Assembly (NCBI GenBank): GCA_031409335.1
Contig: JANNWY010000113.1
Coordinates: 1-15,596, forward strand
Length of the DNA stretch: 15,596 bases
Reading direction: 5' to 3'
From: Chthoniobacteraceae bacterium
GTDB taxonomy: Bacteria; Verrucomicrobiota; Verrucomicrobiia; Chthoniobacterales; Chthoniobacteraceae
Shown one piece after another: positions 1 through 7,431 of the stretch (its first letter is position 1; every line of letters starts with the position of its first letter). The notes below the pieces were generated by a model. The model had not been told where the DNA came from and searched no databases. It saw only the letters and a list, made by a program, of their open reading frames with translations. The position numbers and the translations under genes were made by a program.

Positions 1-1375
1 GATTCCGAACAAAAGGTCCGGATGGAAACTGCTCTCCAGACTCCCGTTGGCGTTGAGCCTGGCCATCGCGCCACCGAGGACCACCTTTCCGTCCGGCTGC
101 AACGCGATGGGAATACCAGAAGTCGTACCCGGGTCAAAGCCGCTGTCCCCGCTGCCGTCGGCATTGAGCCGGGCGATCCCGTGACGGTCGAGTTCTTTGA
201 CAGTCGTGAAAGCACCGCCAATCAACACCTTGCCATCCGGCTGCACGGCGAGAGCCACAACCGAGTTGTTCACGCCCGTGCCCGGATTGAAACTGCCGTC
301 CAGACCGCCATTGGCATTCAAGCGGGCGATGCGGTTGCGGTTCGTACCGTTGACGACCGTGAAATCGCCCCCGATGAAAATCTTCCCGTCCGGTCGCACC
401 GCGAGAGAAGTGACGCCCTGATACCCATCTCCGGTGGCACCCGCGCCTGGGTTGAAGCTGGTGTCGAGCGCCCCATCGGAGTTCAGCCGGGCAATGTTAT
501 TGCGGTTCGTGCCATTGACGGTGAGAAAAGATCCCCCGATGAGCACCTTGCCACCCGATTGCACCACGACAGAATTAACATTGCCGTCCACTCCTGGGCC
601 GGGGTTGAAGCTGTTGTCCAAACTCCCATCCGCATTGAGCCGGGCTATCCCGTTGCGGTTCGTGCCATCCACACTGAAGCCGCCGCCCCAGATGAGCACC
701 TTGCCATCTGGCTGCGCTCCGAGGTGTGAAACCGGACGGTCCACTCCGATGCCCGGATTGAAACTGCTGTCCAAACTCCCATTGCCATTGAGCCGGGCAA
801 TGTAGTTGCGGTTCGTGCCATTGACGGCGAAAAATCGTCCCCCGATGAGTACTTTTCCATCGGTTTGCAAAGCGAGAGAATCAACAAGGTTGTCGGCGCC
901 GGTGCCCGGATTGAAATCGCCGTCCAAGCCGCCATTGGCATAGAGCCGGGCAATGTGGTTGCGGTTCGTGCCATTGATGGTGTTGAACCAACCGCCGATG
1001 AACACCTTGCCATCCGGCTCCAGCGCGATTGACATCACCGCGCCATTCGCTCCGGTGCCCGCATACGTCGAATCGAAACTGCTGTCCGGAGTCCCGTCAG
1101 AATTCAGCCTAAAGATGCCGCGATCGTGACCCGCCAACACCTTGCCATCGGACTGCAAGGCGACCGCGTAAACGGCACCCCAAATCACTGTCCCCGGATT
1201 GAAACTGCTGTCGCCGCTCCCGTCGGCATTGAGCCGAGCGAGACCTGGACGCGCGAGACCTTTGACCGTGGTGAACTGCCCGGCAATGATCACCTTTCCG
1301 TCGGGCTGCACCGCGACGGCCTGCACAGGGCCATTGACGCCCGAGCCGGGATCAAAGGACAGGTCCACGTCCCCT
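1..1375 (-). repeat. Nine tandem ~150-bp coding repeats (delta-60 blades)
   Basis: Recurring + strand strings such as 'gcggttcgtgccattga', 'caccttgccatc', 'cccggattgaaactg' and 'cattgagccggg' at roughly 150-bp spacing. Confidence 0.9.
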
Positions 1376-1467
1376 GCCGCGCCGCGCGAGTGAAAACAGA
1401 GCGTGTTGATTTGCAGCAGGAGACTGCCCGCGAGAATGAGTGTTCTGACCGAGTATAGTTTTTTCAT
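1..1467 (-). CDS. Secreted delta-60 repeat (DUF5122-type) beta-propeller protein; runs off the left edge of the window (at least 489 aa)
   Basis: Not in the ORF track because there is no stop inside the window. Manual translation from ATG at 1467 gives MKKLYSVRTLILAGSLLLQINTLCFHSRAAAGDVDLSFDPGSGVNGPVQAVAVQPDGKVIIAGQFTTVKGLARPGLARLNADGSGDSSFNPG..., open to position 1. It has an N-terminal signal-peptide-like segment and 9 repeats of 'LQPDGKVLIGGxF..NGTNRNxIARLNxDGSLDxSFNPG'. Confidence 0.92.
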   Translation of the reverse strand, partial: MKKLYSVRTLILAGSLLLQINTLCFHSRGAAGDVDLSFDPGSGVNGPVQAVAVQPDGKVIIAGQFTTVKGLARPGLARLNADGSGDSSFNPGTVIWGAVYAVALQSDGKVLAGHDRGIFRLNSDGTPDSSFDSTYAGTGANGAVMSIALEPDGKVFIGGWFNTINGTNRNHIARLYANGGLDGDFNPGTGADNLVDSLALQTDGKVLIGGRFFAVNGTNRNYIARLNGNGSLDSSFNPGIGVDRPVSHLGAQPDGKVLIWGGGFSVDGTNRNGIARLNADGSLDNSFNPGPGVDGNVNSVVVQSGGKVLIGGSFLTVNGTNRNNIARLNSDGALDTSFNPGAGATGDGYQGVTSLAVRPDGKIFIGGDFTVVNGTNRNRIARLNANGGLDGSFNPGTGVNNSVVALAVQPDGKVLIGGAFTTVKELDRHGIARLNADGSGDSGFDPGTTSGIPIALQPDGKVVLGGAMARLNANGSLESSFHPDLLFGI

Positions 1468-1482
1468 AGCATGATGGTCTTT

Positions 1483-1521
1483 CAACCAGTCATGCGACGT
1501 GGGCGCGTGAAACCCCTCAAA
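1483..1521 (-). promoter_or_regulatory. Putative ECF sigma promoter upstream of the delta-60 gene (TTTGAGGGGTTT-N13-CGCATGACTGGTTG)
   Basis: Matches 7432-7470 in two boxes (13/14 and 10/12 nt) with an identical 13-nt spacer length. It ends 15 nt before the ATG. Confidence 0.7.
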
Positions 1522-1596
1522 TGTTTCTTGGCTGCCTTACACCCATTCGCTGCGCGGATTTGAAATCTTTCTCCAACGACCGTCGGGCGATGCGCG

Positions 1597-1989
1597 TCAG
1601 TAAACGAATAGCGACAGCGCCAGGAACCCAAAGCCTGCTGCCAGCAAGAGATAATCAAACTGCTTCACGTTGGGGTTGGCGACCACCTTGAGCATGGCTT
1701 GGCGATGTTTTGCCCAATGGAATACATGGTGAAGCGCCATGCACGAGAGCACGGAAAGGAAACCCGTGACGAGCCAACCCCAAGGTCGGTAATGGAGGAG
1801 GGTGGCAAACCATGCCGCCAGCGTAAGTGCGAGCACCAACACCGGCGGGATCAGCAGCCGGGACGGCAAAGTTTCCGAGGCATACTGCTGCTGCCGCCTG
1901 GAATAGAAACGCCGCGATGCGGTCAGCGCCACAGCGGCTTTGACCAACAGCGCTACGGCGATCACGAAACTTAGAATCGGAAACCACAT
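1597..1989 (-). CDS. Small integral membrane protein (about 4 hydrophobic helices), function unknown
   Basis: 130-aa ORF with four hydrophobic stretches (MWFPILSFVIAVALLV, LLIPPVLVLALTLAAWF, WGWLVTGFLSVLSCMAL, YLLLAAGFGFLALSLFVY), co-oriented with its neighbours. Confidence 0.8.
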   Translation of the reverse strand: MWFPILSFVIAVALLVKAAVALTASRRFYSRRQQQYASETLPSRLLIPPVLVLALTLAAWFATLLHYRPWGWLVTGFLSVLSCMALHHVFHWAKHRQAMLKVVANPNVKQFDYLLLAAGFGFLALSLFVY

Positions 1990-1996
1990 TCAATAG

Positions 1997-2044
1997 TCAC
2001 GGTTTGAGAGTTATGGTTTTCCTGGCAGCTTCGGACTGGTCGCA
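1997..2044 (-). repeat. Degenerate copy of the kinase C-terminal coding tail (CDQSEAARKTITLKP*)
   Basis: Ungapped codon alignment gives 31/45 nt to kinase codons FDPADAEKKTVTPSP and 32/48 nt to the 3481-3528 copy, with the stop codon in the same register as that copy. Confidence 0.6.
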
Positions 2045-2093
2045 CTTAAGCGCCCATTTCATAGATTCGGTGCTGCGCTGAATGGTTTCTCCG

Positions 2094-2891
2094 TTAGATT
2101 CGCACAATGTAGCAACTGCCGGATGCTTCTAGCTTCTTCATAGGAATCGCAAGGCGTTGGAAAAGATTCCTAATCTCAGGTTCATTGCGGTAGGGCTGTC
2201 TCTCCGGGGCCGTGTTGATCAGTGAGATGGCATGCTCCCTCTTCCTGAATATTCTTTGCAGATTGAAGGCGACCGTCTTCTCCTTCATCGTCGAAAACGC
2301 CCAGGCACGAAGCGCTAGAATTCCCGCCCGAAAGAAACTTACTTCGGCCTTCCTCGCTACCCAGGCGAACGTCTGAACCGGATTCATCCGGTAAAGTTCC
2401 AGGGTTTCTCTCAGGGACAGGACGTTGTTCCTGAGCAAACCCAGCTTCGCCAGAAACTCTTCTGTGGCAGCGCTCAATTTGTAGAACGCGACAAATATCT
2501 TCCCCGACTGACGTATGGTTCGCCTCGCTTCGTTCAGGATCACTCCGATCTGTTCTTCATCACCCATGAAATCAACAACCCCCGTTGCATAAATAATCGT
2601 TTCGTATGTTCCCTCTCCAAAAGGCAGAGCTTTGGCATCCGCCTCGATAAGGGTAAGCCCACGACGTGACTTGGCGTATCGAATCATCTCGGAACTCAGA
2701 TCGACGCCGTCAGCTTGAAACCCATTCCTGAGCAGTTCTTCCACGATCAGTCCCTGACCTGCACCTACGACCAACACCGGTTGGTGAATGTCATGAATGA
2801 TGCGACGGAGACCCGGCAAATCGAAATAGTTATTTTCAAGAGAAACGTGATGCGGTGCCAGCGCATCCCAATAGTCAGAAGAATGGCTCAT
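2094..2891 (-). CDS. Class I SAM-dependent methyltransferase
   Basis: Motif I VLVVGAGQG, post-I GVDLSSEMI, and EADAKALPF..TYETII. The ATG directly follows the TAA of the GNAT gene. Confidence 0.88.
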   Translation of the reverse strand: MSHSSDYWDALAPHHVSLENNYFDLPGLRRIIHDIHQPVLVVGAGQGLIVEELLRNGFQADGVDLSSEMIRYAKSRRGLTLIEADAKALPFGEGTYETIIYATGVVDFMGDEEQIGVILNEARRTIRQSGKIFVAFYKLSAATEEFLAKLGLLRNNVLSLRETLELYRMNPVQTFAWVARKAEVSFFRAGILALRAWAFSTMKEKTVAFNLQRIFRKREHAISLINTAPERQPYRNEPEIRNLFQRLAIPMKKLEASGSCYIVRI

Positions 2892-3437
2892 TTAGAAAGT
2901 CTTTGAATCCGCCTCCGATTGGTTCGGCAAAATCACGACGCCAAGTGATGCCGCGTCGCTGTGTTTCTCCCATCTCCATACCAATCCGTCCTCCGGGTCG
3001 ATGACCTCGCCGATGTGTCGGAAACCGCATTTGGTCAGGACTCGCGCCGAGGCATTCGATTCCGGGAGCGTGTGTGCCCGGACCACGCGAACCGGCCCGT
3101 GGCTAAAAGCGTAGGTCACCAGGGCGGCGGCGGCTTCGGTCGCGTAACCCTTGCCCTGATGCTCGGGCGCCACACCGCAAGCAATCTCCACCGCTCCTTC
3201 GGCTCCCGGAGGACCCGTGAAGCCACACTTGCCGATGACGCTATCGGTGGCCTGATGCACCAGCACAAAGCCATGAATCCAAGGATCGATCGAACTCGAT
3301 CCGTCTAGCAACGCCAGCCAGGCGGCTGAAACCTCGGCCCTTTCGTAAGGCTGCATTTGCTCGACAGACGCGCGAACCTCATCGCGTGTCTGGGGAACTA
3401 GCTTCAGACTTTTTGTTTGAATGTGCGTCGTGTTCAT
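2892..3437 (-). CDS. GNAT family N-acetyltransferase (RimJ/RimL-like)
   Basis: Acetyl-CoA motif A VAPEHQGKGYATEAA, and motif B AHTLPESNASARVLTKCGF. Confidence 0.9.
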   Translation of the reverse strand: MNTTHIQTKSLKLVPQTRDEVRASVEQMQPYERAEVSAAWLALLDGSSSIDPWIHGFVLVHQATDSVIGKCGFTGPPGAEGAVEIACGVAPEHQGKGYATEAAAALVTYAFSHGPVRVVRAHTLPESNASARVLTKCGFRHIGEVIDPEDGLVWRWEKHSDAASLGVVILPNQSEADSKTF

Positions 3438-3480
3438 AGGACGTGGATCGAGTCCGCTATTTCGCTACTTCCTGATTCGG

Positions 3481-3537
3481 CTACGGTTTGGGATCGGCGG
3501 TTTTCTTTTCGGCTTCGGCCTTATCGAACCCGGACAA
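3481..3537 (-). repeat. Orphan copy of the kinase C-terminal coding tail (LSGFDKAEAEKKTADPKP*)
   Basis: 3498-3529 matches 4135-4166 at 28/32 nt, including a 16-nt exact run 'cggttttcttttcggc'. It ends in an in-frame TAG. Confidence 0.8.
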
Positions 3538-3572
3538 GCTGGAAGGTTTGTGTCGCCCGGCAGTGGCGATGT

Positions 3573-4097
3573 TCACTTTGTCGGCGGTGAAGGCTCGGGC
3601 AGCCAGCCCAACTGTTGGAACTGACCGAGCCGGTCCATGTTCACGGTGATTTCTTGAATCTTCCCATCGGCTATTTGAAAGATGCTGATGCCTGTCACCG
3701 TCACCGTTTTTCCGGTCGGCGCATGCCGCTGATACTCCCCCAGATGCGTGGCACGCATCGTCCAACGAATCGCGATCTTGTTCCCCTCAGCAACCTCCTC
3801 CTCGATGGTGAACCGCAGGTCCGGAAAGGCGGTGTGGAAAGCAGCCATTCCTTGCTTGTACTCCGCCAGACTGTGAACGATGTGCGGCGGATTGCGGAGC
3901 ACGACGTTCGTCGCGATCAAGGCGTCGGCCACGGCCGGGTCGCCGCGATTGGCCCAGCCCTCGAAGTAGCGCCGGACCAGTTCCTTGTTCTGCTGGAGGG
4001 CGTGGTTTCTGTTGGCGGCGCAGCCACACAACAGCGCGACCAACAACACGGCCTGAATTGAGAGGATGGTTCTTAGCCTGTTGTTTGGGGGATTCAT
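3573..4097 (-). CDS. SnoaL-like / ester cyclase (NTF2-fold) protein with a probable lipoprotein signal peptide, 174 aa
   Basis: The likely start is ATG at 4097, overlapping the kinase stop as ATGA, rather than 4436. A hydrophobic stretch ends in the lipobox LLCGC. The core NKELVRRYFE...AFPDLRFTIEEEVAEGNKIAIRWTMRATHLGEY..HAPTGKTVTVTGISIFQIADGKIQE is typical of ester cyclases. Confidence 0.88.
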   Translation of the reverse strand: MNPPNNRLRTILSIQAVLLVALLCGCAANRNHALQQNKELVRRYFEGWANRGDPAVADALIATNVVLRNPPHIVHSLAEYKQGMAAFHTAFPDLRFTIEEEVAEGNKIAIRWTMRATHLGEYQRHAPTGKTVTVTGISIFQIADGKIQEITVNMDRLGQFQQLGWLPEPSPPTK

Positions 4098-4129
4098 TTT
4101 GGTTCTGACTTTTTTGTCGGCGGTGAAGG
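3577..4129. repeat. Exact 17-bp direct repeat TTTGTCGGCGGTGAAGG at 3577-3593 and 4113-4129 flanking the SnoaL gene
   Basis: Direct reading of both sites. The copies encode PSPPT(K) at the end of the SnoaL gene and near the end of the kinase. Confidence 0.85.
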
Positions 4130-7100
4130 AGTGACGGTTTTCTTTTCGGCATCGGCCGGGTCGAACTCCGCCAGCTTTTTCTTCCACTCCGCGGTCTGGT
4201 CCGCCTGGCCAGTGGCTTCGTAGAGTTGCACGAGGCGTTGAAGGGTTTCCTTCATACGCGGGTTGCCGAGGGCGGGAATTTTGTCCTCCCGCTGCTTCAT
4301 GCCTTCGTGACCGGAGAGCAGCAATGGCTCGGCTTCGGCGTATTTCTTCTGCCCGAGCAGACTGCCGCCCAGCAGGCTCCGGGCGTTGAACGTCCGCCAG
4401 TCGTCGGGAAGTTCCTTTTCGCGGAGGGTCAGGCACTCGCGGGCCAGCGGTTCGGACTCGGCGAACTTTTGTTGGACGAGGAGGCTCTTCGCGAACTCTG
4501 CGAGGGAAGCAGCCAATCCTGGGTCATCGGCAGGGAGCTTCCTGAGCAACGCCAACACTTCGCGGTACACGGCTTCGGCCTCGGTAAACTTGCCTTGCTC
4601 CGACAAGGCCCCGCCAAGCCCGTTGAGCGAACTGGCCACGTCCCGATGCTCGTTGCCCAACAGTTTCCTTTGCATTGCCAGCGCCTCACGAAACGAGCTT
4701 TCGGCTTCGGCGTGCCTGTTTTGGTACCAAAGGGTCCTACCAAGCCACTGGAGCGAGGCGGCCACGTTCAGATGCTCATTGCCTAACAGTTTCAGATACA
4801 TCGCCAGTGCTTCGCGAAACGGGCTTTCGGCTTCGGCATACTTACCCTGGCCCGAGAGCGCCGCGCCAAGCCACGAGAGCAAAGCGGCCACCTCCGGATG
4901 TTCGTTGCCTGACCGTTTCCTCCGCATTTCCAGCGCCTCTCGCAGCGTGGCTTCGGCTTCGGCATGCTTGGCTTGTCTCAGGAGGGCCGTGCCCAGCGCG
5001 GAGAGCGAGAGTTGTTCATTGCCCAACAGCCTTCTCTGCATCGCCAGCGATTCGCGAAGCATTTCTTCGGCTTCGGCATGCTTGCCCTGGCCCGAGAGAA
5101 CCGAGCCAAGCCACGAGAGCGAATCGGCCACGTCCGGATTTTCGTTGCCCAACAGTTTCCTCTGCATTGCCAACGCCTCTCGAAATTTTTCTTCGGCTTC
5201 GGCATGCTTCGCTTGTCTCACGAGGTCCGTGCCCAGCAAGGAAAGCGAAATGGCCACGTGTAGATGTTCGATACCCAACAGCTTTCTCCGCATCGCCAGC
5301 GATTCGCGAAGCTTTTCTTCGGCTTCAGAGTGCTTGTCTTGGTCCGAGAGAGCCCTGCCAAGCTCCCCGAGCGAATTGGCCACTAACGGGTGCTCGTCAC
5401 CCGACAGTTTCCTTTCCATGGCCAGCCTCTCGCGAGACACAACCTCGGATTCGGCAAACTTACCCCGGCTCGAGAGGGTCTTGCCAAGCCACGCGAGCGA
5501 CTTGGCCATGTCCCGATGCTCGTTGCCCAACAGTTTCCTCTGCATTGTCAGCGCCTCGCGAAACGAGCTTTCGGCTTCGGCATGCTTGTTTTGGTACCAA
5601 AGGGTCCCGCCAAGGTTCAAGAGCGACTTGGCCACGTCCGGATGCTCATTGCCCAACAGTTTCTTCCGCATCGCCAGCTCCTCACGAAACATTTCTTCAG
5701 CTTCGGCCTGCTTGCCCCGGCCCGCGAGGTCCGCGGCAAGCCACGCAAACGCACTGGCTAAATTGGGATTCCCATTGGCCGACAATTTTCTGCACATGTC
5801 CAGCGCCTCGCGAAACACAGCTTCAGCCTCACCCGTATTTCCTGAGGCGCGGAGCACAGCGGCCAGTTCACGAAGGGAATTAGCCACAAACGGATGCTCG
5901 TCCCCCGAAAGACTTCTCTCGATCGCCAGTTCCTGCCGCAGCACGGCCTCGGCATCGGTCAGGTTGCGCTCCTGACGGAGCTTCGCCCCCAGCTTGCCGA
6001 GGAAGGAGCCGAGCCGTCGGCTCTCGGCGACTTCGGCCTCAGCCTGGCGACGCAATCGCGCTTGATCTTCCTCGGCGGCGACGGCGCGCTGGCGGGCCTG
6101 TTTCTCTTTGAAAAACATCCAGGTCGAAAGCCCAAGCCCAATGACCAGCGCAGCAATGACGGCGCTTGCAGCGGCAAAGGCCAGCTTGTTCCGGCGGACC
6201 AGTTTTTGAAAGCGGTAGCCCGTGCTCGGCGGACGGGCGAGGACGGGCTCATTGTCCAAGTGGCGCTGGATGTCCGCCGCCAGCCCGTTGGCCGTGTCGT
6301 AGCGGCGGGCGCGGTCTTTCTCGAGCGTCTTCATCACGATCCAGTCGAGATCGCCGTGGATCGCGTGGATGAGCTTTGGCGGTTCGCTCGCGCGATGATG
6401 CGCCACGCTCGTCAACTTCTCCTGCGCCATCGTGTGCAGCGCCGTGCTGGGGCGCGCCGGTTCCTCCTCGCGGATGATGCGGCGCATCTCGTCATGGCCT
6501 GCTTTCATGAAGGCATCGGCATCGACGGGCGTGCGACCGGTGAGCAGTTCGTAGAGCAGCACCCCGAGCGCGTAGATGTCCGTGCGCGTGTCGATGTCCA
6601 GCCCGCTCATCTCCGCCTGCTCAGACGACATGTAGAGCGGCGTGCCGATCATCTGCTGGAACTGCGTATAGACAGTGTGCTCGGCGAGCCGGCCCTGCGT
6701 GGCCTTGGCCACACCGAAGTCGATGACCTTCGGCACGGGCACGCCGTCGTGCAGGGTGACGAGGATGTTCGATGGCTTGAGGTCGCGGTGGATGATGCCT
6801 TTCTGATGTGCGTGCTGCACCGCGTGGCAGACGATGATGAAGAGTGCGAGCCGCGCCTCCGTGGGCAGATTCGCCTGGTCGCAGTAGTCGGTGATCTTGA
6901 TGCCGCGCACCAACTCCATGACGAAGAATGGTCGCCCATGCTCGGTCGCGCCCGCATCGAAGACTTTCGCGATGTGTGGATGATCCATCATCGCCAGCGC
7001 CTGCCGCTCCTGCTCGAAACGCGCGACGACCTCGCACGTGTCCATCCCGAGCTTGATGATCTTCAATGCCACGGTTCGCCGCACGGGTTGTTGTTGCTCC

Positions 7101-7402
7101 GCCACCCAGACCACGCCGAAGCCGCCCTCGCCGATCTGCTCGCGCAGCTTGTACGGACCGATCCGCTCGCCCGCTTCCTCCGGCTTGAGCCGCGCCAACT
7201 CCGCCTCGATCTCAGGCGAAAGCGCCGGCTGCGCCTTCAGGAATTCGCCCGCGTTTTCGTGAGCACCGAGCAACGAAAGAACCTGCGCCTTTAACTCCGC
7301 ATCATTGCGGCAAGACTCCGCGAGAAATATGTCGCGCTCCGCGCCGGTCGCCCGGGCTTTCGCTTCGTTGAAAACTTCGATGAGTCGTTCTGCGGTGGCC
7401 AT
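4094..7402 (-). CDS. Membrane Hanks-type Ser/Thr protein kinase with C-terminal tetratricopeptide repeats (ECF-associated STK)
   Basis: Kinase motifs GEGGFGVV, VALKIIK, HRDLKPSN, DFGVAK, GTPLYMSSEQ and DIYALGVLLYELLTG. One TM helix (LAFAAASAVIAALVIGLGLSTWMFF) is followed by about 12 canonical 42-aa TPRs and 2 capping units. Confidence 0.95.
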   Translation of the reverse strand: MATAERLIEVFNEAKARATGAERDIFLAESCRNDAELKAQVLSLLGAHENAGEFLKAQPALSPEIEAELARLKPEEAGERIGPYKLREQIGEGGFGVVWVAEQQQPVRRTVALKIIKLGMDTCEVVARFEQERQALAMMDHPHIAKVFDAGATEHGRPFFVMELVRGIKITDYCDQANLPTEARLALFIIVCHAVQHAHQKGIIHRDLKPSNILVTLHDGVPVPKVIDFGVAKATQGRLAEHTVYTQFQQMIGTPLYMSSEQAEMSGLDIDTRTDIYALGVLLYELLTGRTPVDADAFMKAGHDEMRRIIREEEPARPSTALHTMAQEKLTSVAHHRASEPPKLIHAIHGDLDWIVMKTLEKDRARRYDTANGLAADIQRHLDNEPVLARPPSTGYRFQKLVRRNKLAFAAASAVIAALVIGLGLSTWMFFKEKQARQRAVAAEEDQARLRRQAEAEVAESRRLGSFLGKLGAKLRQERNLTDAEAVLRQELAIERSLSGDEHPFVANSLRELAAVLRASGNTGEAEAVFREALDMCRKLSANGNPNLASAFAWLAADLAGRGKQAEAEEMFREELAMRKKLLGNEHPDVAKSLLNLGGTLWYQNKHAEAESSFREALTMQRKLLGNEHRDMAKSLAWLGKTLSSRGKFAESEVVSRERLAMERKLSGDEHPLVANSLGELGRALSDQDKHSEAEEKLRESLAMRRKLLGIEHLHVAISLSLLGTDLVRQAKHAEAEEKFREALAMQRKLLGNENPDVADSLSWLGSVLSGQGKHAEAEEMLRESLAMQRRLLGNEQLSLSALGTALLRQAKHAEAEATLREALEMRRKRSGNEHPEVAALLSWLGAALSGQGKYAEAESPFREALAMYLKLLGNEHLNVAASLQWLGRTLWYQNRHAEAESSFREALAMQRKLLGNEHRDVASSLNGLGGALSEQGKFTEAEAVYREVLALLRKLPADDPGLAASLAEFAKSLLVQQKFAESEPLARECLTLREKELPDDWRTFNARSLLGGSLLGQKKYAEAEPLLLSGHEGMKQREDKIPALGNPRMKETLQRLVQLYEATGQADQTAEWKKKLAEFDPADAEKKTVTPSPPTKKSEPK
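4300..5990 (-). repeat. ~126-bp TPR coding repeats with high nucleotide identity
   Basis: Recurring 'ttcggcttcggcatgctt' and 'cgttgcccaacagtttcct'. 4641-4737 and 5511-5607 differ at 5 of 97 nt. Confidence 0.9.
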
Positions 7403-7431
7403 GATCGCGGTGGTGATGGGATGTGTCTCTG

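Noticed and set aside
22..1458. ORF-track calls 22..729 +, 197..421 +, 434..805 +, 645..1013 -, 1126..1458 + and 1199..1393 +
   Set aside because: These are antisense or off-frame shadows of the repetitive delta-60 gene on the minus strand.
1522..1560. Possible fifth kinase-tail remnant (KAAKKH) before the delta-60 promoter
   Set aside because: The match is too short and lacks the aligned stop; it is indistinguishable from chance.
1560..3600. Integron cassette array (small co-oriented genes; ATCTAAC at the methyltransferase stop, GCCGAAC near the GNAT end)
   Set aside because: I found no IntI and no complete attC palindrome with paired R''/R' boxes. Single 7-mers are expected by chance. A past cassette origin of individual genes is not excluded, and an attC covariance-model search would settle it.
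3481..3765. 94-aa ORF overlapping the SnoaL gene
   Set aside because: Mostly an alternative frame of the SnoaL gene. Only its last ~19 codons are meaningful, as the kinase-tail remnant.
1..5990. Diversity-generating retroelement or CRISPR explanation for the repeats
   Set aside because: The repeats are in-frame protein repeats, differences are not adenine-restricted, and there is no reverse transcriptase, cas gene or repeat-spacer pattern.
4226..7294. Long + strand ORFs (529, 402 and 466 aa) over the kinase
   Set aside because: Stop-poor antisense frames caused by high GC and TPR periodicity; the Ser/Arg/Pro-rich translations have no recognisable domain.
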